A stretch of DNA of 64,000 bases from Klebsormidium nitens (GCA_000708835.1 DF237188.1:62001-126000); one strand, 5' to 3'; counted from the first letter of the stretch, positions 48,201 to 59,498 are shown. The notes: generated by a model not told the origin, from the sequence alone. Program-made: numbers and translations.

Positions 48201-51200
48201 CTTTCCCGGAGAAGGGGATGCATGACCTGGGGGCGTACGTGGAGGCGCCAGCTGTCCTGGGGGCGGGGTTGGCTGGCCCGCTCCGGCCTGCCTCCTTGGG
48301 GCGGTGGTTCTCAGGAATCCTCAAGAAGGTGGTCCCCATGGGGGGCAAGGCGCCCTCAGATCACGAGCTGGCCAGCGCCCCTGCCGAAGGGGGCCTGGGC
48401 CAAGCAGACATGCCGGGGGGTGCCGCAATGCAGGGGGAGGGGCCAGGGGGGGCGGTTGATGAGCCCAACCTGGGAAGCAGCGAGCCTGTGAGTGGACCCT
48501 CAGAACCCAGCAAATATGTTCCAACACTAGAGAGCGGGCCTGCGAGGGATGGGACAAGGGGCGAGCCTGGGGGGGAGGCCGGGCAGGGGGAGACAGGGGC
48601 AGGCCAGGAGGTGAGGCAAATGAAGGCTGCATCGAATGAGGAGGCGACTCCTGAGGAGAAGCAGAACACCAAGCCCGCTGCAGAGCAAGAGGCAGGGCAG
48701 GAAGGTGACCCAGAAGTAGAGGATCCGCCTGGTGATCAAGTAGTCACAATGGAGGACGCGGAGGGGCTCGCTCAGGAGGCTGTTGTTGCAGCAGGCACAG
48801 GCAGCCAGCCCCAGACCTCTCTGGAGCCAGGCAATCTGGACCATGCAGCGGTGGTGGGGCTGGAGAGCGGGGCACCGCTGGGGCTGCCAGAGGGCAGGCC
48901 TGCCGCAGCCACAGAGCAGCCTGCCGCAGATAAGGAGCCGGCGCCAGCTGGCGGGGCGGGAGAAAGCGTGAGCGACAGCGATAGTGAGCGGCGGCTGAGT
49001 GACCAGCCCATCATTCCTGTCAAGGCGGCCAAGAAGGCGGCCAAGGACAAGGCGGGCAAGGCGCCCCGCGCCAAGAAGAGCAAGAGCAAAGCGGCGCAGC
49101 GCGCGGAGGAGGAGCGCCTTCTCGCTGCCAGCGGGCTCATCCTGCCGACCGCCCCACCCAGGGTGGTGCAGGCGGAGCATCTGACACTCATGGCGCCCAA
49201 CACATTGGCGCCAATGGCACCGAGCTACGGCGGTGTCAATCCTGAGAGCGAGGCCGGCCAGGAGGGCGGCCTGGCGAGCTTGTACAACGCGGCCAGGGAC
49301 ATTGTGGCGGACTTGCAGCGCGCGCGCAGCCGGCGGACGACCGAAGGGGGCAGCGGGGCGGATGTGGCGGCTGCGGTGCGGGATAAGGTGCGCGAGTACT
49401 TCCAGTCCAACCTAGTTCGCTACCAGCGCTCCTTGGACGACCTGGACGACTACGACTTCATTGTTACGCCAACTGCGGGAGAGGGGCGCACACGCGACTG
49501 GGAGGTCGAGTTTGAGGCGGCGCCCAACGTGGCGGGCCTGCTGGCGGTGCTGGCCGAGTTCGACCGCGAGTATGCGGCCGTTAATGCAGCCGTGGTGGAG
49601 GCGACCAGCAAAGTGGTGGAGGCAGCAGCTAAACCCCCTGCTAAGAGGGGCCGTCCCAAGAAAACGTCCACCGGGGAAGGACCCGCAAAGAAAGCACGGG
49701 GGGAGGCAGTGTCGGATCCGATGTGGCAAGACGTTGGGGCCCAGGGCGTCACGTCTGCCGGCGGCGCGGGGGAATTGAGCGAAGCGGGCTTCTCGTCGTT
49801 TTTGGAGGCCATGGGGTCGCAGCAGTCGGCAGGAGACTCCATGGGAGGGGCCGGGCCAGACAGCGGCCAGGGCGGCGACTCACACCTGGGGGGAACGCCG
49901 GGCTTCCCAGGGGGCCAAGCTGTAGCGCAGCATGTGGCGGGGGTGTACGACTTTGGTGCAAAGGGACCCCCCCCTGTGACGGTGGTGCAAGTGGGCAAGC
50001 GCGGCGGCAAGAAGTCCCCCAAGACCGTCAAGGCGGATCCTCTAGAGGGCCTGATGAACTTCCCCGTGTCCCAGGCAGCTGCGCGCGCGCCCGCCCAGAT
50101 GCTGAGCGTGTACGCGACCAAGCCGCGCAAGAACGCGGCCGTGACGCTGACGTCGGAGCGGCAGGCGGCGGACCAGTACCCGCAGCAGATCGGGGACAGG
50201 CTGGTCGTGTCGGAGGAGGGGGCAATCCTAGAGCAGGTGAGTAAAGCATCTGGGACCCAATACCTCGCAACCTGGTGCAAGTGTCGGGAGGCGTGTGCAT
50301 GTCTTCCGAACCAAAGCTCTTTTAGTCGAACACTTCGACGGTCGACAGGGAACCAGTCTCGATGTGGTACTCTTCTTCCTTCTGGTCAGAGGCGAACGTG
50401 CTAACAATGCAATTGTGGCAATTACTCAGCTTCACTTTCATGACCTATGCCGGAACAAGATGCGAGCCATTCGGTGTGACAGTCTGCGCTTTAAGAGTAT
50501 TGTCCATGGCGCAAAGCTTAATTCTCTTTTTCGTGCAGGTGACGGGCAGCGGCGTGGGCCCGCTGCAGGTGATGCAGCGCGTGGGCGACCAGCTGATCCT
50601 GCTGCCGTACCGCAAGGCCGCCGCCGTGAAGCGCCAGCTGCTGCGCCGCGAGAAGGCGCCCGTGCAGGTCGTCACCAAAGCGCGCCGCGCCAAGGAGCGC
50701 ACGCTCGCCAAGAAGGGCCTCCTTGCGGTCGCAGGGGCCGCGTCGGCGGGGCTGACGCCGCCCCCCTCGGGGAGCACGTCCTCGGGCGTGGCGCAACCCG
50801 CAGAAGCGAAGCTGGCGGCAGAAGATGTGACGGAAGAGCAGCTGAGGGCGGCACTGGGGCTCTCCGGCCCGAGCGAGGGAGGGTCAGAGTCGCTGTCGTG
50901 GATGGGGGGGGCCAGTGGGGCCCCGGCAGAGAGTGGGCTCGACCCGGGGTTTCAAGCAAGCAGCGCGCCTGATCTGATGCCGGCCTCAGGGGCTTTGCAA
51001 GGGCTGGGCCAAGGGTTAGGGCAGGGTTTGGGGCCGAGGTTTGACACGGGCTTAGGGCAAGGTTTAGGGCCGGGGTTTGACACGGGCGCAGCGTGGGGCG
51101 GGCAGCAGTACGGGGCCCCTGGAGCGCAGCACTTCGGAAGCCAGAGCACGACGGGGGGTGCTGCGACTCTCAACTTCGACCTGACAGGAGAGATGGACCC

Positions 51201-53024
51201 TCTTGCGCTCCCTCTAGATACGGGTGCCAGCAACCCGCCTGCAGAGGGACTGAGGCAGCCAAAGCGGGCCCCCCAGCCCAGAGGTCGAGGGGGAGGGGGG
51301 GGCACGGGGCTCCTGGGGGGTAGCGAGCAGTGGGAACTGACAGAAGGGCAGAGGAAAGAAATTGACATTCGCAGTGAAGATGAGGAGTCGGAAGAGGACC
51401 CAGCCCAGGGTGGGGGAAAGCGGAGCGCGGATGCGGCGTTCCTGGACGAAACTGGCTTGGAGGCTCCTGCTGAGAAGTGGTTTCCCGAGCATGCCGTGAA
51501 AAAGCGGAGGAAGTTCCTCGAAGTCGGTCTCGAGGGCGGGGCTGCCAAAGGTGGGGGGCAAGAGACACTTAGCGTGCAGCTTCCCTTGTCAGAGAGGCGA
51601 GAGGATGACAAGCCCCGCGAACGGAACCTATCCATCCGTGGGGGTGGCATCGAGATGACCAGGAAAATTGCCCGGCGGCCGCGGAACAACAGCGCCACCT
51701 CTCCCGGGGCGCTGAGCCCCTTCGCCTCCGCGGCAGAGCAAGGGCTGCCCAGCCCGGCCTCGGCTGTGACCCCCCGGCAAAGCAAGCGGCTGCGCAATCC
51801 TCAGACCCCAACCTCCCAGGAGGAGCCGCCGAAGGCCCCTGAGCCACCAGTAAATGCGGCACCGGCGCCTGTTCCGGTCACCGTCACCCAAACCATAACC
51901 CCGGCGGATGTCGTGCTCCCTGCGCCCGGCCAAGTCGTTCTTGCGCCGCCCGTGCCGGCCGTGCCGCGCCCGCCCGCCCCCCCGACGGTGACGATCAACA
52001 CGCGCGCCGTGCCCATCACCGTACAGGGCCCTCCTCCACGAGCCACGGGGCCGCTCGCCGGCCGCCCCGCGCACCCTCTCGCCAAGGGCGGGCAGGGCAA
52101 GTCCCAGAAGGTGGTCACCCTGGACGCGATCCTGGGGCGGCCCCTGGAGGCGGCGCCCCCCGCGGGGGCGGCGGTGCATGCGTGCAGCTGGCCGGGGTGC
52201 CCGCGCGTGTTCTCCACGGTGCAGGCGCGGTGCGGGCACATGAGCAGCCACAAGCCGGTCAAGAGCCGCGCCTCCGAGATGGCCACCAAGCAGGCAGCCG
52301 CGCCCGCGCCACCGCAGCAGCAGGGCGGCGGAGAGAAGGTGCTGGACAGCCGCGTCTTCTTCGGGGGGCTCAAGAAGGACGAGGAACCGGGGGAGAGAGA
52401 CGGTGACGCGGACGGGGAGGAGGGGCTGCCCGAACAGGGGTGGAACGGACTGTGCCGACTGGTGAGTAGGGGGTCACCTGAAGCATTGGTGGAGGGAGAG
52501 TAATACCATTCAAAGGACTGGCCGCATCAGCTTGTTCTGTTTCACAAAAGGAGGTCTTTCACCTTCTGAACCGTTGTGCGATGCCTTCCTGTTTGCTCCC
52601 ATCACTTCTGCAAAAAGTGGTACCCGATGGCTCACAAGATGCATTTTGTATGTTTCAGGTGGGCGACAGCCTGGTGTGGCTGGACGAGCACGGCCAGACG
52701 GTGTCCATCCGCTACGTCTGCACGGAGCCCGGCTGCAAGCGGCGCTTCAAAACGGTGCAGGCGCGCAGTGCCCACGCTCGGAGCCACCGGGGGGAGCGCC
52801 CCTCCAGTGGGGGCCTGCCCGAGGAAGGGAGCCCCGCGGAGGGGTGGCGCAAGATGTTAGAGGACGGGGGGGAGGACGAGGAGGAAGAAGCGGACGAGGA
52901 CCCCCTGCGGCACCTGCTGGAGAGCGAGGGGGGCAGGGACGGGGAGGCGGGGGGCGCCGACCCTGCCGGCCAGGATTTTGGCGGGGGGGTAGGGCCGGGC
53001 CCGCAAACTACCCCACAACACTAG
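45251..53024 (+). CDS. Large multi-C2H2 zinc-finger / AT-hook nuclear protein, about 2,255 aa; 4 exons with all introns in phase 0 (0-frame product)
   Basis: Exons 45251-47380, 47888-50236, 50539-52461, 52659-53024. Fingers: CSICGFKSRHGPALTAHQKGH (~45677), CNICNKKFKNDKALFGHKGRVH (~45935), CSWPGCPRVFSTVQARCGHMSSH (~52183), CTEPGCKRRFKTVQARSAHARSH (~52719). AT-hook KRGRPKK at 49643-49663. L-box-like EMLQAAEVLMAV after finger 2. Confidence 0.85.
51001..51084 (+). repeat. In-frame 12-bp telomere-like tandem repeat (7 units, with a 36-bp higher-order duplication) encoding GLGQ/GLGP/(R/G)FDT
   Basis: GGGCTGGGCCAA GGGTTAGGGCAG GGTTTGGGGCCG AGGTTTGACACG GGCTTAGGGCAA GGTTTAGGGCCG GGGTTTGACACG. Confidence 0.8.
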
Positions 53025-53030
53025 GGCCAG
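52973..53030 (+). other. Putative -1 programmed ribosomal frameshift cassette (G_GAU_UUU, 6-nt spacer, stem-loop/H-type pseudoknot)
   Basis: The heptamer 52973-52979 is phased to the zinc-finger frame (CAG GAT TTT). Stem 1: GGGGTAG 52986-52992 with CTACCCC 53008-53014. Stem 2: GGCCC 52998-53002 with GGGCC 53024-53028. The 0-frame TAG is at 53022-53024. The -1 frame is open up to donor CAG|GTGAGA at 53030. Confidence 0.55.
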
Positions 53031-53341
53031 GTGAGACAGTTTTAGATTTTGCCGCTGTGCTGCCGACTTCGTCGGAAAGACGAAGAATCACCTTTGATAC
53101 TTTCAAAGCAGTCAAGTTGTGTAACCAGCTGCTGATGAAAAACTTCTGGTTCGTGGAAGCCAACGTTAGGCAGGCCACTTGAACCGGGTCCTGCGCTTTG
53201 CTCTGCTGCGTTTGCAGAGTCCCAAAGGCATCTTGTGTCTCACATGCCTTGCTTCCCTGATTTTGACCGCAGTCCGTCGAACGGGACAGCAAAGGTGCCT
53301 CATCCTTTCCTGACGGCTCCGTCTCTCGAATGTGCTCCCAG

Positions 53342-56300
53342 CGCGGCGCCGCCGCCGGTCCAAACGGCGGTGGGGCCCGTCGGACGCGGGTGGTCCGCGT
53401 CCGTGGGTGAGGCGCGCGCCCCTGGCTCACGTGTACGGCCGCATCGAGGCCCCGAGCGGCCTGGCGGCCCGCTTGACCAAGGTGCAAACAACGCCAGTGG
53501 CGCGCCCGCACAGGCGGCACGGCATGCGGCTTAGGATGGTCGTCAAGGGGAAGTCCGAGTGGTGGAAGGCCGGGGGTGAGCGCGGGGCGCAGGTCGTTCT
53601 AGAGAGGGGAGAGGATAACGAGGAGGCCGGGGCGGACGGGCCTGCGAGCGCGCCCAGCGACCGTGAGGCGGAAATGGTGACGGGGGAGGTGACGTTGGGG
53701 CCGCAGGAGGACCTGGTGTTTGTGGGGGAAAGAAAGCGGGGCGAAATGGAGCTGTCCAGGGGGCTAGAAGTAGAACCGCTGGAGTGCGACGTTGTTCTGG
53801 ACTGCGAGGTTGTCGAGGAGCTGGTGACCCAGCAGGAGGCACGGGAAAGCGGCGTGGCTGCACGGGAGCAGGCAACGGGGGTACCCGCAGAACAGCGGAC
53901 TAGAAAGGCGCGAGAGCCCGGGCTTGAGGAGGGCCCGCAGACACGTGGCAAGAGACAGCGGGACTGCTACCCGGCGGAGATGGTGCTGCGGAGTAAAGTA
54001 GCGAGGACCGGGCTCGGAAGAGCCTGCGCCGAGGGCATTCTGAAGCGGAGCACGCGGCTGGCGCAAACCAAGCAGCGCAAGCCGGCATCTCCCGAAGGCG
54101 TGCTTCCTCTGAACGTCGTCAAGATACGCCCGCCCAAGAAGGTGGTGGCCTTGGCTTGCCAGGAGGCGAGGCGAAGCAGCGCGAGGGGCCATCACCGGCA
54201 GCGGCAGCGCTCCTCGCCCGCAGTGGTGGAGCTGTGCGATCTGACGGGCGACGAGGCGGGACACGTGGCGGACCCAGAGGAGAAGCCGGCCGTGAGCCCG
54301 GCGAGCATCTGCTACCCCGCCGGCGAGGGTGGATTTGAACTGCACGAAGCGGTGAGCAGGGACAGTCAGTATGAGGTGCAGCGCAGCGCAGCCTAGCCGT
54401 TTCGAGACAGACCTGAGGTGGTTGCCCCTTGAATCCTTCGATTTCGCTTCCTAAATGCATTCTTGTATATCTAGACCTTATTCAACAAGGCGCTGAGATC
54501 CCTGTGATCGCCAGTGTGTGCTGCTCGCTACTTGTATTGCCGATCTTGACGTCCATCACACGTGCTGCGCGCAGGAGCTGCTCGCGCTGGCGCCCCTCAC
54601 CGACCTCAACGGCTCTCTCATTAACTTCTACATCAGGTGCGTTGCACAGATCTTTTGGAGGCGCCCTGCGTGAACCAACCGTCAATCCATGCCGTATTGA
54701 GGTGAAAGCCGCCAGCGCCTGGCAGCAAAGAACAGCGACGGATCAGATCGTATACCATCCCGCATCCTGGAAGGCGTTTGTGCGGCTTTGGACCTGAGCC
54801 CCCAACAAGCTTGAAATCAGCTCCTCCCATTCGTCAGACCCATGTGTCGCAAATCTCAGCAAGTGTGCGACTCCCCCCCCCTCGAATGCTTTCATCCGTG
54901 CCTCGCAGGCACCTGCAGCAGCACGGCGCGGTGCGGCCCGGCTTCTTCGTGGCAGACACGTACTTCTACGCCAAGCTGTGCCAGGTGGCCGCCCGCCCCT
55001 CCCCTGCCGGTGCTGCGCACGACTTGCGCTCCCTGCTTGCTTACCTGGCCTGCCCGGACCTTTTCGCGCACAACGCCATCGCCATACCCGTGCACGCAAC
55101 CGGTGGGTCCCAACCCGATGGAGTTTCCGGGCTGACGGGGCCAACTTTTATCTGCTCGTTAGGGGTGGTCTCGGTTGTTGATTGATCCAACAAGCATTTG
55201 CGCCGCCTGCTATAGCGAGCATGCCCCTGGACAGCACTCCTCACTCGTTCGTTGTTGCGATTGCCCACAACATTCCTGCCCAAGTGTAACGACGTTCACA
55301 GCTGCAAGTGTCTTCTCGTTTTCGCAAGACAATGCTCTCTTGAGCTTTGCCTATCGTGCTCGCGTTTTGCCTGGTAACCACCCTTTCTCTCCTGAGTGGC
55401 CGTTTCTCGGTGCTGCGCGCAGGCCACTGGAGCCTGGCGGTGGTGTGCGCGCCCGGCCTGCTGGCGCCGCTACAGCCGGGCAAGAAAAGGGCGGCGCAGG
55501 GCCCTGCGCCCTTCATCCTGCACCTGGACAGCCTGCCCAAGGGCCGCGGCGGCCACGACACAGCCCTCGTGGCGCGACGCCTCAGCAGGTGCGCTCAGGT
55601 TGGCACCTCGTAGATTCAAGCACGTGAACGTTTCGCCAGCGTACAGCCTGGGACACGTGTCGCTGACGGCAGAGACCAGGACTGCTTGGTTGCGAAGGGG
55701 CTTCACAGCTGTGGTACTCGCTCACCGGCTGTTGCGTAACAGAAGGCAAGGCTCGCAGGATCTGTTGTTGCAGCTCATCCAAGGGCGTATCGGACGAAGC
55801 GGACCCGTTTGTGGCTGTCTGCGCTCTGCGCTTACCATCTCTGCGTGCTTGTTGCCAGGTTCGTGAAGGATGCCTGGCGTGCACGGGAGGCTGCGCGGCT
55901 GGTGGCGGCAGGCCGGGCCGTGCCCAAGGCATGGCACCTGCCGGACCTCAAAGAGCGCAGAGTCCAGGTGAGGCCCCCGTCACAAGAATTCTGCAATGCT
56001 TGGTCTGGGCGCCGCTGCCTGCCCTTAATATGCTGGCTTGGGACTGCATGTCGGCTAGCCTAGAGGGAGGGCGTTGGAAAGGGCAGACAGTTGGAGTGTC
56101 GAGCCAGCCGCATGGGAACTTGCTCCGCATCCTCCCATGTTTCCGGTCCGCGTCCTCTTGCGAATTCTCGTGGCCCCAGCGTGGATGCTCGGTGGCAGGA
56201 TCCGGTGTTGTTCTCTACCAGTGGAGCCCAGGACGAGGGCAAGGGTCGTTCCTGCGTCCGCAGGGTTAAGTAGGTCCTTTATGGTCCTCTCTGCCGCGCT

Positions 56301-56903
56301 GACGTTGCTCTGCGGGTGCGTCGCTGGCAGGTCCCGCAGCAGGACAACAGCTGCGACTGCGGCCTCTTCCTGCTGCTCAACCTGGCGCGCTTCCTCGCGG
56401 CCGCGCCCGACGTCATCCACTGTGCCCAAGTCGACCACGTCGTAAGTGCAGCCTCGTCACGGCCAGCGTCGTGCTTGTGGCACCGCTTGCCAAGACGGTG
56501 TACGGCTGTTGTTGAGAGCAGCAGCCGCCCTCTTGTTCTCACAAACGCCTTGTGTCTGCGAAAGAATCTCGGGGCGATCGTTGCATGCAAGAACTGCAAG
56601 TGGTCAATATTCTGCTTCTATGCGGAAGCTCGCAAGGTTGCTTGCGTGCTTGCCCGGATTGCCGTTCTGCCTATGTGCTGACCGCCTCCCACGCGCTAAC
56701 TGCAGTTCCGGGGCCATGACTACCCCCTGACAGACGCCGGTCTGCTGCGCGCGCGCCTGCTGCAGCTGGCGTGGCGCGTCTTCCGACAGCAGCACGGCCC
56801 GCACTGGCGGCCCACTGTGTCGGCCGCAACAGGCGCTGCGCTGGGCGTGCAGCTAGAGGCGGACCCTCGGGACGAGGTGGAGGAGGAACACTCCGCGTGT
56901 TGA
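53342..56903 (+). CDS. Ulp1/SENP-family SUMO protease (peptidase C48) exons with an N-terminal SIM-rich region; probably the -1-frame extension of the upstream zinc-finger protein
   Basis: Exons 53342-54351, 54575-54636, 54909-55102, 55423-55588, 55859-55967, 56331-56441, 56706-56903, all in frame. Motifs LNGSLINFYI, TYFYAKL, DLFAHNAIAIPVH, HWSLAVVC (His), ILHLDS (Asp), PQQDNSCDCGLF (Gln/Cys). An independent start at ATG 53524 is possible. Confidence 0.9.
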
Positions 56904-59498
56904 GATACGTAGTGTAGAATGGTTTTGTTTCCGTCTGCAGAAGTCCTGCAGCGAGACGTGTCATTCGTTTCTAAGTTTTGCTTTTCTTGTAGAAATGTAC
57001 TTCTTTTTGCACCTTAATTTCATAATTACAATGATGTGTGTTCATAAGAGTCCTCAAGTGACACGATCCGCGTCAAATCTTGCACAGCGGATATCAAGTA
57101 CGATTGAAATCTTGGATCCAGGCTATGTAGCATCGACCGACCTGACCAATGATGGATCGCGCACAGCACTGCCAAATCGAGATCGGCTTACCGGCGCCCG
57201 TGTCATTTTTCATTCTGAGAAATGATATCAATAAATGCTCGTGTGCGAGTGCCATATGACCAGTTCATGCATTTAATGTTTATCTACGTTGTCTTGACAC
57301 AGTCACTTTCGGGCCATCCTATCATGAGACATTTGTGTAGGCAACTTCTTTATGCCTGCTAGCTCGGCAAGCTTGACATCTATTCTATGAGCCGCTTGTC
57401 TAACAACGATGGTGCTAAATCATCATTGCCTAGGTTGAGATAGACAGCTTCGTGTAGTCTGCCAAAGGCGCGGCCAGCTTGAAATCTACACATGTGTTCA
57501 ATAACCATGCATGACCCTAGGGAACTCAGGAGCTAGTGCATGAGACAAACCGTTTGACTGCATTGCACTTTGTGCTCAGTACATGAATTCGTTGTCCTGC
57601 AGATTATTTCGCCTTGGGCTGACTACTGCATATGAAATTAAGGCTACATGCCGATGAGCCGCGGCTGCGGGTTGCCATTCATGCTTAATTCATTCCATTT
57701 CACACCTGATCGGAGAACATATTGTTACAAGCAGTTGAGCGAGCGGCTTGTGCGTAAATTTTGCAAGACCAGTGATTCCTGCACAGGGTGAGCCACTTCT
57801 GCTGGCTGGATCGTGCCAACGATCGCATTGGCAAAGGATTGACATTACAATGTTAAACTGCGGGAAATGCATGATGCGTGCAACAGATAGCTTCCCGCTA
57901 CTTTGGCAACAACCCAGGCAAGGACTAGTGCAACAGGTGTATAGGGGTCAGGGCCCGTGCAGAGTGGCGAGAGGCCGCGTCCGGACGTACATGCTATATC
58001 CTTGCATGCATGTCCTTCAGCCGTTCGCATGCGCGTCTTTACGGCTGCACTCACACTGGACGAGCTGGAAAGCACGCGGCGGGGCACACCTCGCCAAGGG
58101 AGACTGCCATGGGCATATTGTGCTACGAAGCTGCTACAATTGAGTCAATGGAGACGGTGTGCACAACATCTGCGTACAGGTCAGCTTTCCCCTTTTAACC
58201 GGCAAGGCTCTTATTGAGGTTCGTGCTGTCAAGTTGCACATAAGCAACTTAACTAGTCGTGCTTCACCTTTCAAGCTACGAGGAGCATACCGGTACTCGG
58301 GTGGGAGTTCCCTCTGCAACTAGCTTCTCGACTCTGCAGATCGCCAGAAATCACCCATGCGCGGCGCGGCTCTGGCTCCTATTCTGCTTGCTACAAGCTG
58401 CTCACGGTCGCTCCTCTGATGAAGATAGACTACTGGTGTCCTCTACAGGAGACGAGACAGCTGCTCCCTCCACTTAGACTGAAGGTCTGTGCAGACCCTC
58501 AGACTGCCTTTCCCATAGTGGCCTACACGTTTGAAATAACCGCCCAGGTCCAGGCCGTTTTTCAGTCTTGAGCCGTGCCTGATGTAGATCAGTGAGCACG
58601 ATCTACCAGCGCAATCCATGACGTGTCAGTGATGAGGTGGCAGCCATAGTACTTTATCGGAAGTATATATTATGTATGTATGCATACTTAGATACATACA
58701 GCACCTTCGCACCTCTTCAATTCGAATGATTGCCCTGCAATTATATATATACTGGATTCGGAATCATGCGCCAATCCTGGCATTGAGTAACGTTCGTTAA
58801 AATTTGATCGTACAGGAGAAATGGAATTTTAGCTGCAATGTAGCATGCGTCTTATCCCTTAGAAGTGCCTTCGTTGGTAGACGTGTCTCACGGTGCAGGC
58901 AGTGCAGTCTAACATGAGCGACTGCTCGACTAGCCTCAAGTACTGCCAAGGCTCCACCCAATGGCACCCACACTCGTTCCGCTAAGACAAGGTGTGGGCT
59001 GACTCGTGCGGTATAACTAGTACCTCCTGTGCCCAATGATAAGCCGGCATGAACCAGACATGGGTATATCCACGCTAAGAGCACGTCTGCATCCATCGTC
59101 GCCATTGCCATCCTAGGTCATCGCAGTCCGGCTAGACATGCATAACGAGTGCCTATGTACACTGGGTACCTACTTGGCAGTACTGCTGCTGAAAGCACAG
59201 CTTCTCCCGAGCATCCTACCAGTTTCAGTGTCGACTAGTTTTAGACTGATTTCACTCAGCAGAAGACTGTCCAACCTACACACTTTTCTTTTGCAGATTC
59301 CTCAGGAGAAGCTGTACTACCTAGGCAGGTACTGCCTAGCGCTTTTGGGCTCACGTACCAGCTAGCGGAAACCATGTAGGCCCGCCCACTGTGCCTATAA
59401 CCTATCAGATTTCAGTACATTGGATCGTCAGATCAGGGTCAGATCCATTATTGAATCGGCGAGTCAGGTCAAGGGTCTCTTCAGAGTCTTCACTGTCT

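Noticed and set aside
52806-52973. Cryptic intron inside ZnF exon 4 (A|GTGGGG to CCAG|GATTTT) that would also reach the -1 frame
   Set aside because: The donor is weak and the intervening sequence is purine-rich, codon-like acidic sequence. It is not excluded formally; junction reads would settle it.
53022-53410. Stop-codon readthrough of TAG 53022-53024 as the route from ZnF to ULP
   Set aside because: Readthrough keeps the 0 frame. After the 53030/53342 splice that frame stops at TGA 53408-53410 and never enters the ULP frame.
53342-56903. ULP as cargo of a Mutator-like (KAONASHI-type) transposon
   Set aside because: I see no transposase ORF, TIRs or TSD around the locus, and the gene has ordinary multi-intron structure.
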